From the IMG/VR virus record IMGVR_UViG_3300011989_000011, positions 1-64,000 of that record: a stretch of DNA of 64,000 bases, one strand, 5' to 3'. The notes under the pieces were generated by a model, which saw only the letters and a program-made list of their open reading frames with translations, was not told the origin of the DNA and did not search any database. Shown here one piece after another: positions 1-9,141 of this stretch. A program made the position numbers and the translations under genes. How positions within the stretch are numbered: the first letter of the stretch is position 1; each line of letters starts with the position of its first letter. The DNA comes from a virus (Duplodnaviria; Caudoviricetes).

Positions 1-157
1 CAAGAAATTTAGGATGGAGCTCTCCTTTGAGGAGAAAGAGCTGATTGAGCCAATCAGAAAAGATTACAACTCTTTTCCGCTTGGTTGCTATCGCCTTATT
101 ACCCTAATTCCCAATCATTTACGCACATCCAATTTCGTAACTTGCTGACTATAAACG

Positions 158-188
158 AAAAAAGGAAGCCCTCAGCAGACTTCCTTTT
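158..188 (-). terminator. Intrinsic terminator downstream of the tRNA-Ser 3' fragment
   Basis: AAAAGGAAG(160-168)...CTTCCTTTT(180-188) inverted repeat; the A-run at 158-163 gives a U-tract on the minus strand. Confidence 0.6.
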
Positions 189-198
189 AGACTTAAAA

Positions 199-255
199 GC
201 GGAAAGACGGGGATTCGAACCCCGGATACCCTTTGGAGGTATACACGCTTTCCAG
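199..255 (-). other. Prophage attachment core: 3' half of tRNA-Ser(GGA)
   Basis: Minus strand reads CTGGAAA GCGTGT ATACCTCCAAAGGGTAT CCGGGG TTCGAAT CCCCG TCTTTCCGC (anticodon loop, long variable arm, T-arm, acceptor 3' strand). The 5' half is absent, so the break is at the anticodon loop. Confidence 0.85.
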
Positions 256-315
256 ACCCGTATCTTTTTGTCGGAACGTGTTATCTATCAGTGTTTTATG
301 AAAACACCATTTTTC

Positions 316-337
316 ATTTGCAAGTTATTTGCAAGTT
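316..337 (+). repeat. Tandem ATTTGCAAGTT x2, candidate integrase arm-type binding sites
   Basis: Exact 11-bp direct repeat about 60 bp inside the att core. Confidence 0.5.
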
Positions 338-404
338 TTTGGCTCATTGCTTCATTTTTCTTCATACGCTTCGAGTTTTAGCAAAAGGTTAAACAATACT
401 AACG

Positions 405-495
405 ATTAGCAAATAATTAGTGCTTTGTTTGCATACCTCGGAAAATATTATTACCTTTGCATTTGTATTCTAATAATAACACTACAAAGATAACG
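405..495 (+). promoter_or_regulatory. Rightward promoter (TTTG ... TACCTTTG) with an overlapping leftward -7 box (CAAAGATA); near-duplicate of 1733-1820
   Basis: ttagcaaataattag..tttgtttgcata..tacctttgcatt..ttctaataa..acaaagata shared between the two loci. Confidence 0.65.
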
Positions 496-566
496 CAAGT
501 TTTCCGAGTAGCCAAAAGTTAGGACGCACAAAGAGAAACTATTAAGAAACATTTAATTTTAGAGCA

Positions 567-770
567 ATGAAAGAGTTATTTAATCTTTGGGTGAAGTCTG
601 TAGGCTTCGACAAGAACAACGCAGAGCAGAAGAAGGATTTGATTGTGTTTGCAATCACCGCTTCACTGACATTCGTATTCATTACTACGTGGATGGCTAT
701 CCCCTTTGGTATAGCAGCATTCCTCAGTTACAAGAAATGTATCAAGGACAACTGCCATGTTGACGAGTAA
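567..770 (+). CDS. Small membrane protein
   Basis: Hydrophobic stretch LIVFAITASLTFVFITTWMAIPFGIAAFL; starts at the AGAGCAATG motif. Confidence 0.6.
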   Translation: MKELFNLWVKSVGFDKNNAEQKKDLIVFAITASLTFVFITTWMAIPFGIAAFLSYKKCIKDNCHVDE

Positions 771-954
771 CGAGCCAAAGGTCAACGCTCAGTCACGCTA
801 CACGATCAGCGAGACAATGAGATTGCTTGGCATCAGCCGGAACACGCTGAGAAAGTACACCCTCAATGGAGATATACGTTGCTTGACTCATAAGACGGGT
901 AAGACCTTATACACTGGGCTTGCTATCATCGCCTTTTGGCGTTCGGTTGTTTGA
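757..954 (+). CDS. Small HTH DNA-binding protein, excisionase-like
   Basis: YTISETMRLLGISRNTLRKY MerR/Xis-type HTH; close to att. Confidence 0.65.
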   Translation: MLTSNEPKVNAQSRYTISETMRLLGISRNTLRKYTLNGDIRCLTHKTGKTLYTGLAIIAFWRSVV

Positions 955-1230
955 GTCTGTGATAAGATGCTTAGTTCCTTTGAACATAGGTCCCACTCCC
1001 GTAAGAAGCCATTCAGCAGAAACATCATAGTCCTGCACGAGATAGGCAAGGCACTCGGGTTTGAGCACTCGGATATCGGGTGACTCTTTAAGAGTTATCA
1101 TATTCCAACGATTGAGACCATGTTCACGTGTGAACGTCTGCAACCCTCGGATTGTATGCTGCATCTGCAACATATCAATGGCTTGGAAGAAGCGTTTGGT
1201 GATTGCTACACCCTCCTTGGATATCTTCAT
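907..1230 (-). CDS. XRE-like transcriptional regulator
   Basis: C-terminal VSAEWLLTGVGPMF motif typical of phage repressor N-domains. Confidence 0.65.
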   Translation of the reverse strand: MKISKEGVAITKRFFQAIDMLQMQHTIRGLQTFTREHGLNRWNMITLKESPDIRVLKPECLAYLVQDYDVSAEWLLTGVGPMFKGTKHLITDSNNRTPKGDDSKPSV

Positions 1231-1267
1231 AGGAAAAAGTATTTGCCGTTAATGTAGAACATATTTA

Positions 1268-1711
1268 TTATATGACTTGCTTACTCTCATCTGACTTTTG
1301 CAGAATGTTGATAAGACGTTCAATGCTTTTCGAGTTCCTTTCGTTGGATTCAACCAATGAAGAAAGTTGCTCGATCAGTTTGGCGTTTTGGTCAAGAGCC
1401 TTATTCAAAGCTTCCAAGAGCTTATTTTGCCCCTCCCCTACATCTATCAATGGAGAAGGATTTTCGGGCAAATTAGCCCCTTTCTGCAAGTCTACGGCTA
1501 ATTTCGGTTCCTCCCCATACAACACCCACCTACGTGAATATTGCGGAAAGGCATCAGCTACTTTTTCAAGTGTCGTCTCTTGCGGATTACGATGGTCGTT
1601 GATGATTTTGGTGATCGTGACGTTGTTCTGCAATCCCATGCGCCTTGACAGAGAGTTCTTGTTAAGACCCTCCTCGTTCATAATTGTATATATGCGCTCC
1701 CAAGCCTCCAT
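1268..1711 (-). CDS. CI-like repressor (HTH plus coiled coil, no S24 peptidase domain)
   Basis: LNKNSLSRRMGLQNNVTITKII HTH and RWVLYGE motif; divergent from the cro-like gene. Confidence 0.75.
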   Translation of the reverse strand: MEAWERIYTIMNEEGLNKNSLSRRMGLQNNVTITKIINDHRNPQETTLEKVADAFPQYSRRWVLYGEEPKLAVDLQKGANLPENPSPLIDVGEGQNKLLEALNKALDQNAKLIEQLSSLVESNERNSKSIERLINILQKSDESKQVI

Positions 1712-1732
1712 AAGTTAATAAACACTAACAGT

Positions 1733-1820
1733 TAGCAAATAATTAGTCATTTGTTTGCATAATACTAACAAAATGACTACCTTTGCATTACAATTCTAAT
1801 AAAAACAATACAAAGATAGT
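1733..1820. promoter_or_regulatory. Lysis-lysogeny switch: rightward TACCTTTG promoter and leftward TATCTTTG promoter
   Basis: tgactacctttgca near 1785 on +; caaagata near 1812 is TATCTTTG on -. Confidence 0.65.
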
Positions 1821-1833
1821 AAATTAGAAGTAT

Positions 1834-2073
1834 ATGACAAAAGAAAAGAGCGAAAATGTTCCAAAAATAACCCTTTTGGGTTATTACGAGACACTACCCG
1901 AAGCGAGCTATCCGAAGACGGATTTCGTTAACAAGGTAGCGAAAGAAATCGGAGTATCGACTGCCACGGTTCATAATTGGATACACGGCAAGACAAAGCC
2001 AATGAACCATGAACACATCTTGAAGTTGTGTTCTATCACTGGCTTAAAAGAGAATGAGCTATGGAAGAAGTAG
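1834..2073 (+). CDS. Cro-like HTH regulator
   Basis: FVNKVAKEIGVSTATVHNWIHGKTKP; first gene of the rightward early operon. Confidence 0.75.
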   Translation: MTKEKSENVPKITLLGYYETLPEASYPKTDFVNKVAKEIGVSTATVHNWIHGKTKPMNHEHILKLCSITGLKENELWKK

Positions 2074-2615
2074 AGTTCTATACTTTCGATAATGAGTTAT
2101 GGTACAAATCATTGGATGGCACATCTGACATCGTCGACGAGAAGAAGCCGGAGCTTATCAGAAAGTTGCTTGAAAGTATAAGGAATATGTACCCCAAGGC
2201 ATACGAGGCACTGAAAGAGGTCTACCGAAACTCTGCATCGAACATTCCCTACTATCAGTATCTGATGGTTAGAAGGTTCTGCAAATGCAACTTCGGAAAA
2301 CTCGACACCACGCAAGTAGACATCAAATCTGACGGGAGTTTCAACTTCGAGAAAGTCGATTGCCCACTGAGAGGTGAGTGTAAATTTGAAGGTGTTATCT
2401 GTAGTCCTCGGTTCAACTCCAAACTCAGTCCGGCGGAAGAAAGAGTGATGAGACTTTTCTACCAAGGTAAGAGCAAGGACGAGATCGCCAACCAACTCTA
2501 CATATCGGTAGAGACGGTGAAGAACCACATCAAAGCCTCCTACGTTAAGTTAGGAGTTCATGAGAAATCAGAGTTCGTGAGATATGCGAACCAACATAAT
2601 TTGTTCAACAATTAA
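2061..2615 (+). CDS. LuxR-type HTH regulator with N-terminal Cys-rich domain
   Basis: LSPAEERVMRLFYQGKSKDEIANQLYISVETVKNHIKASYVKLGV; CKC..CPLRGEC..C cysteines. Confidence 0.8.
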   Translation: MEEVEFYTFDNELWYKSLDGTSDIVDEKKPELIRKLLESIRNMYPKAYEALKEVYRNSASNIPYYQYLMVRRFCKCNFGKLDTTQVDIKSDGSFNFEKVDCPLRGECKFEGVICSPRFNSKLSPAEERVMRLFYQGKSKDEIANQLYISVETVKNHIKASYVKLGVHEKSEFVRYANQHNLFNN

Positions 2616-2627
2616 AATTTAAGAGCA

Positions 2628-3569
2628 ATGACATTAATCAAGAAAGCAACAGAGTTGCAGGTAGCCAAGACCGTAAAGATGATGATTTACGGGCAGGCAG
2701 GTATGGGTAAGACGACATTGGCATTGTCAATGCCGAAGCCCCTTCTGCTTGACTTCGACAACGGAGTGAAGCGTGTTAACATCGGTCAGTTGGATGGCGT
2801 GGACGTGGTGCCCGTCACGAATTGGCAAGACATTCAGAGCTTGCTCACTATGGATTTGAGTGCCTACGACACTATCGTGGTTGATACAATAGGTAAGATG
2901 ATGGACTTCATCATCGCCTACAGATGCGGTTCTCGCAACCCACGTATCCAAGATTGGAGCGCTATCAACAACGATTTCAAGCAGTTCATTCAGTCGGTGA
3001 ATATGCTGAAGAAGAATGTAGTCTTCGTAGCTCACAGAGACGTACAGACAGACGGAGATAACCGAGTGTTCGTTCCGGCCCTCAGAACAAAGAACTACAA
3101 CGCTATCGTAACGGAACTTGATCTGCTCGGATATGTTCGGATGTGTAACGAGAACGGTATGCAGAAGCGAACAATCACCTTTGACCCGACAGAGTATTCT
3201 GACGGAAAGAACACATGCAATATGCCGGGCGTGATGATTATCCCTACTATCAACGACCAAAACGGCAACGTGATTGCCAAGAACGATTTCTTGACTGCGC
3301 AAGTCTTAGGTCGCTACGGCAAGATGATTGAGCAGAAAGAACACGCTGCCAAGGAGTATGCAGACATCCTCAACGAGATCAGCACGGGAGTGGAGCAGAT
3401 TACGGATGCTCAGAGTGCTAACTACTTCCTTTCCCATATAGGAGAGTATAAGCAGCATGGTAGCTCAGTTATCATCAAAACAAGGGATATGTTCGCCAAG
3501 AAGGTGAACAGCTTAAAGCTCGTCTACAACAAGTCTACCAAGCAGTATTCTGACCCTAAAGGTGCGTAA
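2628..3569 (+). CDS. AAA_24 / Sak4-like recombination ATPase
   Basis: Walker A YGQAGMGKT, LLLDFDNG, IVVDT Walker B. Confidence 0.8.
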   Translation: MTLIKKATELQVAKTVKMMIYGQAGMGKTTLALSMPKPLLLDFDNGVKRVNIGQLDGVDVVPVTNWQDIQSLLTMDLSAYDTIVVDTIGKMMDFIIAYRCGSRNPRIQDWSAINNDFKQFIQSVNMLKKNVVFVAHRDVQTDGDNRVFVPALRTKNYNAIVTELDLLGYVRMCNENGMQKRTITFDPTEYSDGKNTCNMPGVMIIPTINDQNGNVIAKNDFLTAQVLGRYGKMIEQKEHAAKEYADILNEISTGVEQITDAQSANYFLSHIGEYKQHGSSVIIKTRDMFAKKVNSLKLVYNKSTKQYSDPKGA

Positions 3570-3571
3570 GT

Positions 3572-4330
3572 ATGGCAAAGGTTGCATATAAGTTCTACGC
3601 AACCCTACTCGATAGCTTCTACGACTATCTGAATAGTGATGCTATCTACGAGGAATACTACGGGTACGTTGAGAACCCAAAGGTTTCCATAGATGAGTTT
3701 CACGAGAAGCAATATCAGAGTTTGTTAGACCGCATCAACCGAGTACCTTTCAAGAGTGAAGCAGCCGATAAAGGCACGGCTTTCAACGAGGTGATTGATT
3801 GCATGGTTCTGCATCAAAACTCCGACAAGATGAAGATAGTTCGTTGGAAAGACAAAGGGAGCACGGTAGGAGTAAAAGCCACGTATGATGGCTTTGACTT
3901 CTACTTCCCCCTCCCTCTCATTCAAGAAGTGGCATCGTGGTACAAAGGAGGCTTACCGCAGCAATACATACAAGCAGTCTTGCCTACGACTTTCGGAAAC
4001 GTCATGTTGTATGGTTACATTGATTACGTTATGCCATTCAAGACGTGTGATCTGAAGACTACAAGCAGGTATAGCTTCGGTAAGTTCAAACATCATTTCC
4101 AACATTTGGTGTACCCCTACGCACTTGAAAAGAACGGTGCCGATGTTAGGGAGTTCGAGTACAATGTGGTCCTTTGGGGCAAGTACAATTACGAGACATT
4201 CACTGAAAGCTATCTGTATAGGCCGGAAAGGGATGTGCCGTACCTCACTCAACACGTGGAGGACTTCATACGATTCCTCCAAGATAACAGAGATAAGATA
4301 ACAGACAAAAAAATATTCGCATTAATATGA
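3572..4330 (+). CDS. PD-(D/E)XK exonuclease-like protein
   Basis: LYGYIDY..CDLKTT nuclease motif and QHLVY; follows the Sak4-like gene. Confidence 0.7.
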   Translation: MAKVAYKFYATLLDSFYDYLNSDAIYEEYYGYVENPKVSIDEFHEKQYQSLLDRINRVPFKSEAADKGTAFNEVIDCMVLHQNSDKMKIVRWKDKGSTVGVKATYDGFDFYFPLPLIQEVASWYKGGLPQQYIQAVLPTTFGNVMLYGYIDYVMPFKTCDLKTTSRYSFGKFKHHFQHLVYPYALEKNGADVREFEYNVVLWGKYNYETFTESYLYRPERDVPYLTQHVEDFIRFLQDNRDKITDKKIFALI

Positions 4331-5205
4331 ACGAAGTATTAGACGAGAAAAGCCTTGAACTTGTCGTCTCCAACGAGCAGTTAGGCTCTCTCACCACCAA
4401 CGCAGAGAAGATTCGTGACTTAGTAAAAGCACGTATCGCCCAGTACAACGCTGACAACTATGATGCTTCTAATATCGCCCAAGCCAAGAGCGACAAGGCT
4501 TTGCTTAACAAGGCGAAGAAAGCATTAAACGACAAGCGTAAGGATTTGGAGAAGAAGTTCATGCAGCCATTCCAAGGCTTCAAAGAAGTTATGAACGAGA
4601 CAGTCGGTTTGATTGATACCGCAGTCAAGGGTATTGATTCAGTCGTCAAAGCCGAGGATCAGAAAGAGAAAGACCAAAAGCGTGAGCAGATTGAGCACAT
4701 CGCTGAGGAAGCCGGACTTGAAAAGGTTGGTGTTAAGCTATCACTCATCTTTGATGAGAAATGGCTTAACAAGACCGTTTCACTGAAGAAGGTAAAGGAA
4801 GACATCGAAGCAAAGGTTGCTGAGATTACCAACAATCTGAATACGCTCAAATCGTTCAGTGAGGATTTCGATACCCTTGCTACACGCTATCGTGAGAACC
4901 TTGACTTCAATGCTACTATAGCGTTTGCCAACGAGCTGAAAGCACAAAGAGAAACTAAGAAACCTCAGCCGGAAGCTGAGCAGGAAAAGAGCAATGAACA
5001 ACCCTCCAATCCTAAAGAGGAGCAGAAGCCACACGTGGTAGACGATGCTATGGATGCTTTTGCTGATGCTTTAGGGCAAGGTATAGAGATTGAGAACGAG
5101 CCTTTCAGAGCTACGAGAATGGTCGAGATTACTTCTACGGAAGACGATTTCGCCAAGGTCGTTAGCTTCATGGAAGACAATGGTATCACCTTTGAAATTA
5201 AATAG
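4327..5205 (+). CDS. DUF1351-family protein
   Basis: AKSDKALLNKAKKALNDKRKDLEKKFMQPF and KWLNKTVSLKK motifs. Confidence 0.75.
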   Translation: MNEVLDEKSLELVVSNEQLGSLTTNAEKIRDLVKARIAQYNADNYDASNIAQAKSDKALLNKAKKALNDKRKDLEKKFMQPFQGFKEVMNETVGLIDTAVKGIDSVVKAEDQKEKDQKREQIEHIAEEAGLEKVGVKLSLIFDEKWLNKTVSLKKVKEDIEAKVAEITNNLNTLKSFSEDFDTLATRYRENLDFNATIAFANELKAQRETKKPQPEAEQEKSNEQPSNPKEEQKPHVVDDAMDAFADALGQGIEIENEPFRATRMVEITSTEDDFAKVVSFMEDNGITFEIK

Positions 5206-5207
5206 CT

Positions 5208-5636
5208 ATGCCAAATCAGATTACGGGTACTATTTTAGAGATAGGTTCGCCTGTCAATGTTCCCACCAAAAGTGGAAACCCATTCACCAAACGGGTGTTG
5301 ATATTGGATGCTTCGACATTCGATCAGTTCACGGGAGAGAAAAGAGAAAACTACCCCTCTTTCACCTTCATGCAGAAACGAGTGGAGGAACTGAATAACT
5401 TCCAAGTAGGTCAGCGAGTAACGGTGTCATTCTTCATCAGTGGTAGAAAATGGGTAGACGAGAAGAATGGTGGAGAAGTCAAGTGGTTCAACGATGTTGT
5501 CGGTTACAAGATAGAGCCGTTTCAGCAGTATCAGAACTATAGCGCTCTGGCACCTCAGCCTCAGCAGGCCACGCAAGCCCCACCACCACCCATGCCACCG
5601 CAGCAGCCAAATAATGATGATGATCTGCCATTCTAA
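5208..5636 (+). CDS. DUF3127-family ssDNA-binding protein
   Basis: ITG.I...G...F.KR..IL OB-fold pattern, GRKW..KWFNDV and acidic DDDLPF tail. Confidence 0.8.
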   Translation: MPNQITGTILEIGSPVNVPTKSGNPFTKRVLILDASTFDQFTGEKRENYPSFTFMQKRVEELNNFQVGQRVTVSFFISGRKWVDEKNGGEVKWFNDVVGYKIEPFQQYQNYSALAPQPQQATQAPPPPMPPQQPNNDDDLPF

Positions 5637-5647
5637 AGAAGTAGGCT

Positions 5648-5872
5648 ATGTAAGAAAAGCTGACACAGAAAAAGGTTATCCTCGAGCACCTCCAAAGGTT
5701 CGGTTTCATAGAGCCGTTGACAGCACTCAGAGAATACGGGTGTTACCGACTGGGTGCGAGGATAGCCGACCTCAGAAGTGAGGGCTATCACATCATCACA
5801 GAGAACCAAACGGCATATAGCAAGATAACGGGTAAGCCCGTCAGATATGCCAAATACAAACTGATAGTATGA
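5648..5872 (+). pseudogene. HTH phage protein with a nonsense codon at position 2 (ATG TAA)
   Basis: After ATG-TAA the frame reads EKLTQKKVILEHLQRFGFIEPLTALREYGCYRLGARIADLRSEGYHIITE...YKL and ends in an ATGA overlap with the next gene. Confidence 0.8.
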
Positions 5873-6306
5873 TATTCAATCTCAATTCAGAATTTGAAAA
5901 GCAGAAGTTCAAGGAGTACTGCAATGAGCAATACAAGAAAGGCGGTATTGTTGAAGTGAAACGCAAGCATCGCCAACGCTCTACCTCGCAAAACTCCTAT
6001 CTTCACCTATTGTTGGGTTACTTCGCTTCGGAGTTCGGATATAGCTTAGAGGAGGTCAAATACGACATCTTCAAGAAGAAGGTCAATCCCGATATTTTCA
6101 AAGTCGAGAGAACGAATAAAAGAGGTCAGAAAGTAATAGCACTGCGCAGTACGAGAGACATTGACACGCTTGAAATGACAACAGCCATAGAGAGGTTCAG
6201 AAACTGGTCCTCAGCAACGTGCGGATTATATTTGCCAAGTCCAAATGAGCAAGAGGCTCTGATATATGCGCAGCAGCAAATGGAACAATACGAACAATAT
6301 TTATAA
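5869..6306 (+). CDS. NinB-like recombination protein
   Basis: RSTSQNSYLHLLLG motif and C-terminal STRDIDTLEMTTAIERFR. Confidence 0.65.
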   Translation: MIFNLNSEFEKQKFKEYCNEQYKKGGIVEVKRKHRQRSTSQNSYLHLLLGYFASEFGYSLEEVKYDIFKKKVNPDIFKVERTNKRGQKVIALRSTRDIDTLEMTTAIERFRNWSSATCGLYLPSPNEQEALIYAQQQMEQYEQYL

Positions 6307-6324
6307 CTTCAAAAGTTTAAGACA

Positions 6325-7011
6325 ATGATTTCAAATTTGAAAGATTACGAACCGAAAGAGGTTCAGTATGTCCTCAGTGACAACGTTAAAGACGTATTCC
6401 CGATGGAGTTGGATTTCACCAACATCACCTACAAGGGAAAGAAGATTAAGACTGCCAAGGATGCTATGGGATTCGTCAGCAAGGAGTTCAACGCCACCTA
6501 TCCCAATGGTGAGACAGTTGAGCGCAAACTTGACGACTTCGAGGTGAGCAATATCCGTGAGGAGTATTGCGTAAAATGTGAGAACGACCTCCCTCTCAAA
6601 GAGCAGGAGTTGGAGGAGACGTTGGAGCGTATCAAGGCATTGAAGAAACACGCTGAGGAAGCTCTTGCAGCCGTTCGTATGGAGATCGCCAAGTATGCTG
6701 CCCAAGTCAAGCAAGGCACTACGGAGATTCGTCTGCGTACCAACGAGACGTTCTGCATCGCACTGGCCGGATACTACGTCTACTACACGTATGACCGTAA
6801 CAAGCAGAAGTTCGTCCTTGCCAAAGGCTTTGAGGTGAGTGACCGTTCTGAATTATGGTCCCAAGAGGAAACCAACCGCAAGACCATGCACGATTACTTC
6901 AACCTTGATTTCCCCGAAGCAGAGAAGCCTACGGAGGATAACAAGGATGAAGAAGGAGAAAAGAGCGATGCAGACAATCTGCCATTCGCAGACGAGGAAG
7001 ACGCTGAGTAA
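6325..7011 (+). CDS. Hypothetical phage protein with acidic LPF tail
   Basis: 228-aa ORF in the operon. Confidence 0.7.
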   Translation: MISNLKDYEPKEVQYVLSDNVKDVFPMELDFTNITYKGKKIKTAKDAMGFVSKEFNATYPNGETVERKLDDFEVSNIREEYCVKCENDLPLKEQELEETLERIKALKKHAEEALAAVRMEIAKYAAQVKQGTTEIRLRTNETFCIALAGYYVYYTYDRNKQKFVLAKGFEVSDRSELWSQEETNRKTMHDYFNLDFPEAEKPTEDNKDEEGEKSDADNLPFADEEDAE

Positions 7012-7058
7012 CTAACTGAGGGTGGGAGCCATTTCCCACCCTCCATTAATCAAGAGCA

Positions 7059-8240
7059 ATGAAATACGAATTAAGACCCTATCAGAAAGCAGCAGCAGAA
7101 GCGGCTATCAATGCTTTCAAGGGTAAGAGCAGTAAGAATGGATTACTCATCTTACCTACTGGAGCCGGAAAGAGCCTTGTCATAGCTGAGATAGCTTTCA
7201 GACTTAACGATCCTATTTTGGTGTTCTGTCCGAGTAAGGAGATAGTCGTTCAGAACTACGAGAAGATGTGTTCGTATGGCGTTTGGGATTGTGGTGTCTA
7301 TTCTGCATCGGTAGGCATGAAGAATATCAATAAGATTACCTTTGCCACCATAGGCAGTGTCATGAACCACTTGAAGGATTTCGATGGGTTTCAATACATC
7401 ATGGTTGACGAGGCCCACGGAGTGAACGCCAAAGGAGGTATGTACGAGCAGTTCATCCACGCAAGAAAAGACAGACAAGTGATTGGACTGACTGCAACGC
7501 CATATCGGTTGGGAAAAGGTTTTGAAGGTACGTCAATGCTGAAATTCCTCACTCGCACACGACCAAGGATTTTCGAGAAGGTATTGTACTACTGCCAGAT
7601 CAGCGAGCTATTGAACAAAGGCTACCTTGCTGACTTGCAGTATTTCGACCTCACTACCATAGACTTGAAACGAGTGAGAAGCAATTCCACGGGTGCTGAC
7701 TTCGATGAGAAATCACTGAAAGCGGAATACGAGAGAAGCGGTTTCTACGATAAGTTGACTATCACCACCCTCAGAGTTTTGAAGCCGAAAAGTGGCAAAC
7801 CAAGAAATGGTGTTCTTGTCTTCACAAGGTTCACAAAGGAAGCTGATGAGTTAGTCGAGAAGCTAAAATCAAAAGGTATCAAGGCTGCTATTGTCACGGG
7901 AGAAACGCCTAAAGGGGAGCGAGACCAAGTGTTAAATGACTTCAAAGCCAAGAAGATACAAGTCGTTGCTAATGTGGGAGTCTTGACGACTGGCTTTGAC
8001 TTCCCTGCTTTAGACACAGTGATATTGGCACGTCCTACGAAAAGCCTTGCTTTGTTCTATCAGATGGTTGGTCGTGCCATTCGACCCTTCAAAGGTAAGG
8101 ATGGTTGGGTTATAGATTTAGGAGGTAGCTATAAGATGTTCGGTAAGGTAAGTGATTTGAAGATCGGTTTGGAGAAGCCTAATTCTGAATTATGGGCTGT
8201 TTACTCCAACGGCAGACAACTGACAAATAGAAGTTTCTAA
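7059..8240 (+). CDS. Superfamily II DEAD/DEAH-box helicase
   Basis: LPTGAGKS, VDEAH, GLTATPYR, TTGFD, QMVGRAIR. Confidence 0.92.
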   Translation: MKYELRPYQKAAAEAAINAFKGKSSKNGLLILPTGAGKSLVIAEIAFRLNDPILVFCPSKEIVVQNYEKMCSYGVWDCGVYSASVGMKNINKITFATIGSVMNHLKDFDGFQYIMVDEAHGVNAKGGMYEQFIHARKDRQVIGLTATPYRLGKGFEGTSMLKFLTRTRPRIFEKVLYYCQISELLNKGYLADLQYFDLTTIDLKRVRSNSTGADFDEKSLKAEYERSGFYDKLTITTLRVLKPKSGKPRNGVLVFTRFTKEADELVEKLKSKGIKAAIVTGETPKGERDQVLNDFKAKKIQVVANVGVLTTGFDFPALDTVILARPTKSLALFYQMVGRAIRPFKGKDGWVIDLGGSYKMFGKVSDLKIGLEKPNSELWAVYSNGRQLTNRSF

Positions 8241-8241
8241 T

Positions 8242-8403
8242 ATGGAAAAGTTTAGTGTTATTCTCGCTTACTTCGAAGGAGATAAGCGAAAGGAAAGAGT
8301 AGTAAGAAAAGGGCTTACCCTCATGGGTGCTATTCGTGTACGTAACAAGATACACAAAGCAAGTGGCGCAGCAGTATTCGTAAGGAAGGAGGATGAAGTA
8401 TGA
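8242..8403 (+). CDS. Small hypothetical protein (53 aa, not in the ORF track)
   Basis: MEKFSVILAYFEGDKRK...; ATGA overlap with ninG. Confidence 0.6.
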   Translation: MEKFSVILAYFEGDKRKERVVRKGLTLMGAIRVRNKIHKASGAAVFVRKEDEV

Positions 8404-8912
8404 TGCCCTACTATTGGAAGCGCAAAAAGAAGAAATCGGATACACCAGCAGATACACCAACGAATACACCAAAACGGAGAAAGCGTAAGGTCAAAGGTGA
8501 GGAAACTCTTGAAGATTTGGTGAAGAAACTCGACAAGGTTTTCTCGCTCTACATCCGTTTGCGTGATGTCATGCCAAGTGGTCTGTTCAGATGTATCTCT
8601 TGCGGTCAGATAAAGCCCTATTCCCAAGAGGATTGCGGTCACTACATCAGCCGTACCAACATGATTACAAGGTTCGATGAAGATAACTGCAATGGCGAAT
8701 GCCGCGCTTGTAATAGACTAAGTTCGGACCACCTAATAGGCTACAGAAAGAACCTCATCACCAAGATCGGTTTGGATAGGGTCAGCGCTTTGGAGTGGAA
8801 AAGGAATCAGATAAAGCATTGGACTAAAGACGAGCTACGTGAGAAGATTTCTTACTACACGTTGGAAGTCAAGCGATTATCAGCCGACAAGGGCATATCT
8901 GTTAAAATCTGA
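8400..8912 (+). CDS. ninG: NinG/Rap-like endonuclease
   Basis: KLDKVFSLYIRLRD..CISCG..DCGHYISR..RFDEDNCNGECRACN. Confidence 0.88.
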   Translation: MMPYYWKRKKKKSDTPADTPTNTPKRRKRKVKGEETLEDLVKKLDKVFSLYIRLRDVMPSGLFRCISCGQIKPYSQEDCGHYISRTNMITRFDEDNCNGECRACNRLSSDHLIGYRKNLITKIGLDRVSALEWKRNQIKHWTKDELREKISYYTLEVKRLSADKGISVKI

Positions 8913-8938
8913 AATATAGTTAAATTTTAAGGTAAAGT

Positions 8939-8969
8939 GTTTGTTTCTCAAACATTTTTCTTACCTTTA
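8939..8969 (+). promoter_or_regulatory. Promoter with GTTTG-N5-CAAAC palindrome upstream of the replication gene
   Basis: GTTTG TTTCT CAAAC at 8939-8953 and TACCTTTA at 8962-8969. Confidence 0.6.
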
Positions 8970-9141
8970 CACCATAAAACAAAAGAATGGGATAGGCGGA
9001 AGTCATGAGCCGTTGAATGGGGGTATCCACTTCCCCCTTCCCTTTTTTTACAAAGTCAAGTGGAGGTATAAAAACAAGTGGATATGACACATCAAAACGT
9101 TATACATTGTTCGATTATCCGTAAACAAAGAATCATTGCTT

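Noticed and set aside
1-198. Integrase or host CDS at the left edge
   Set aside because: No frame gives a recognisable protein; ORF 85-381 crosses the tRNA fragment and is treated as spurious
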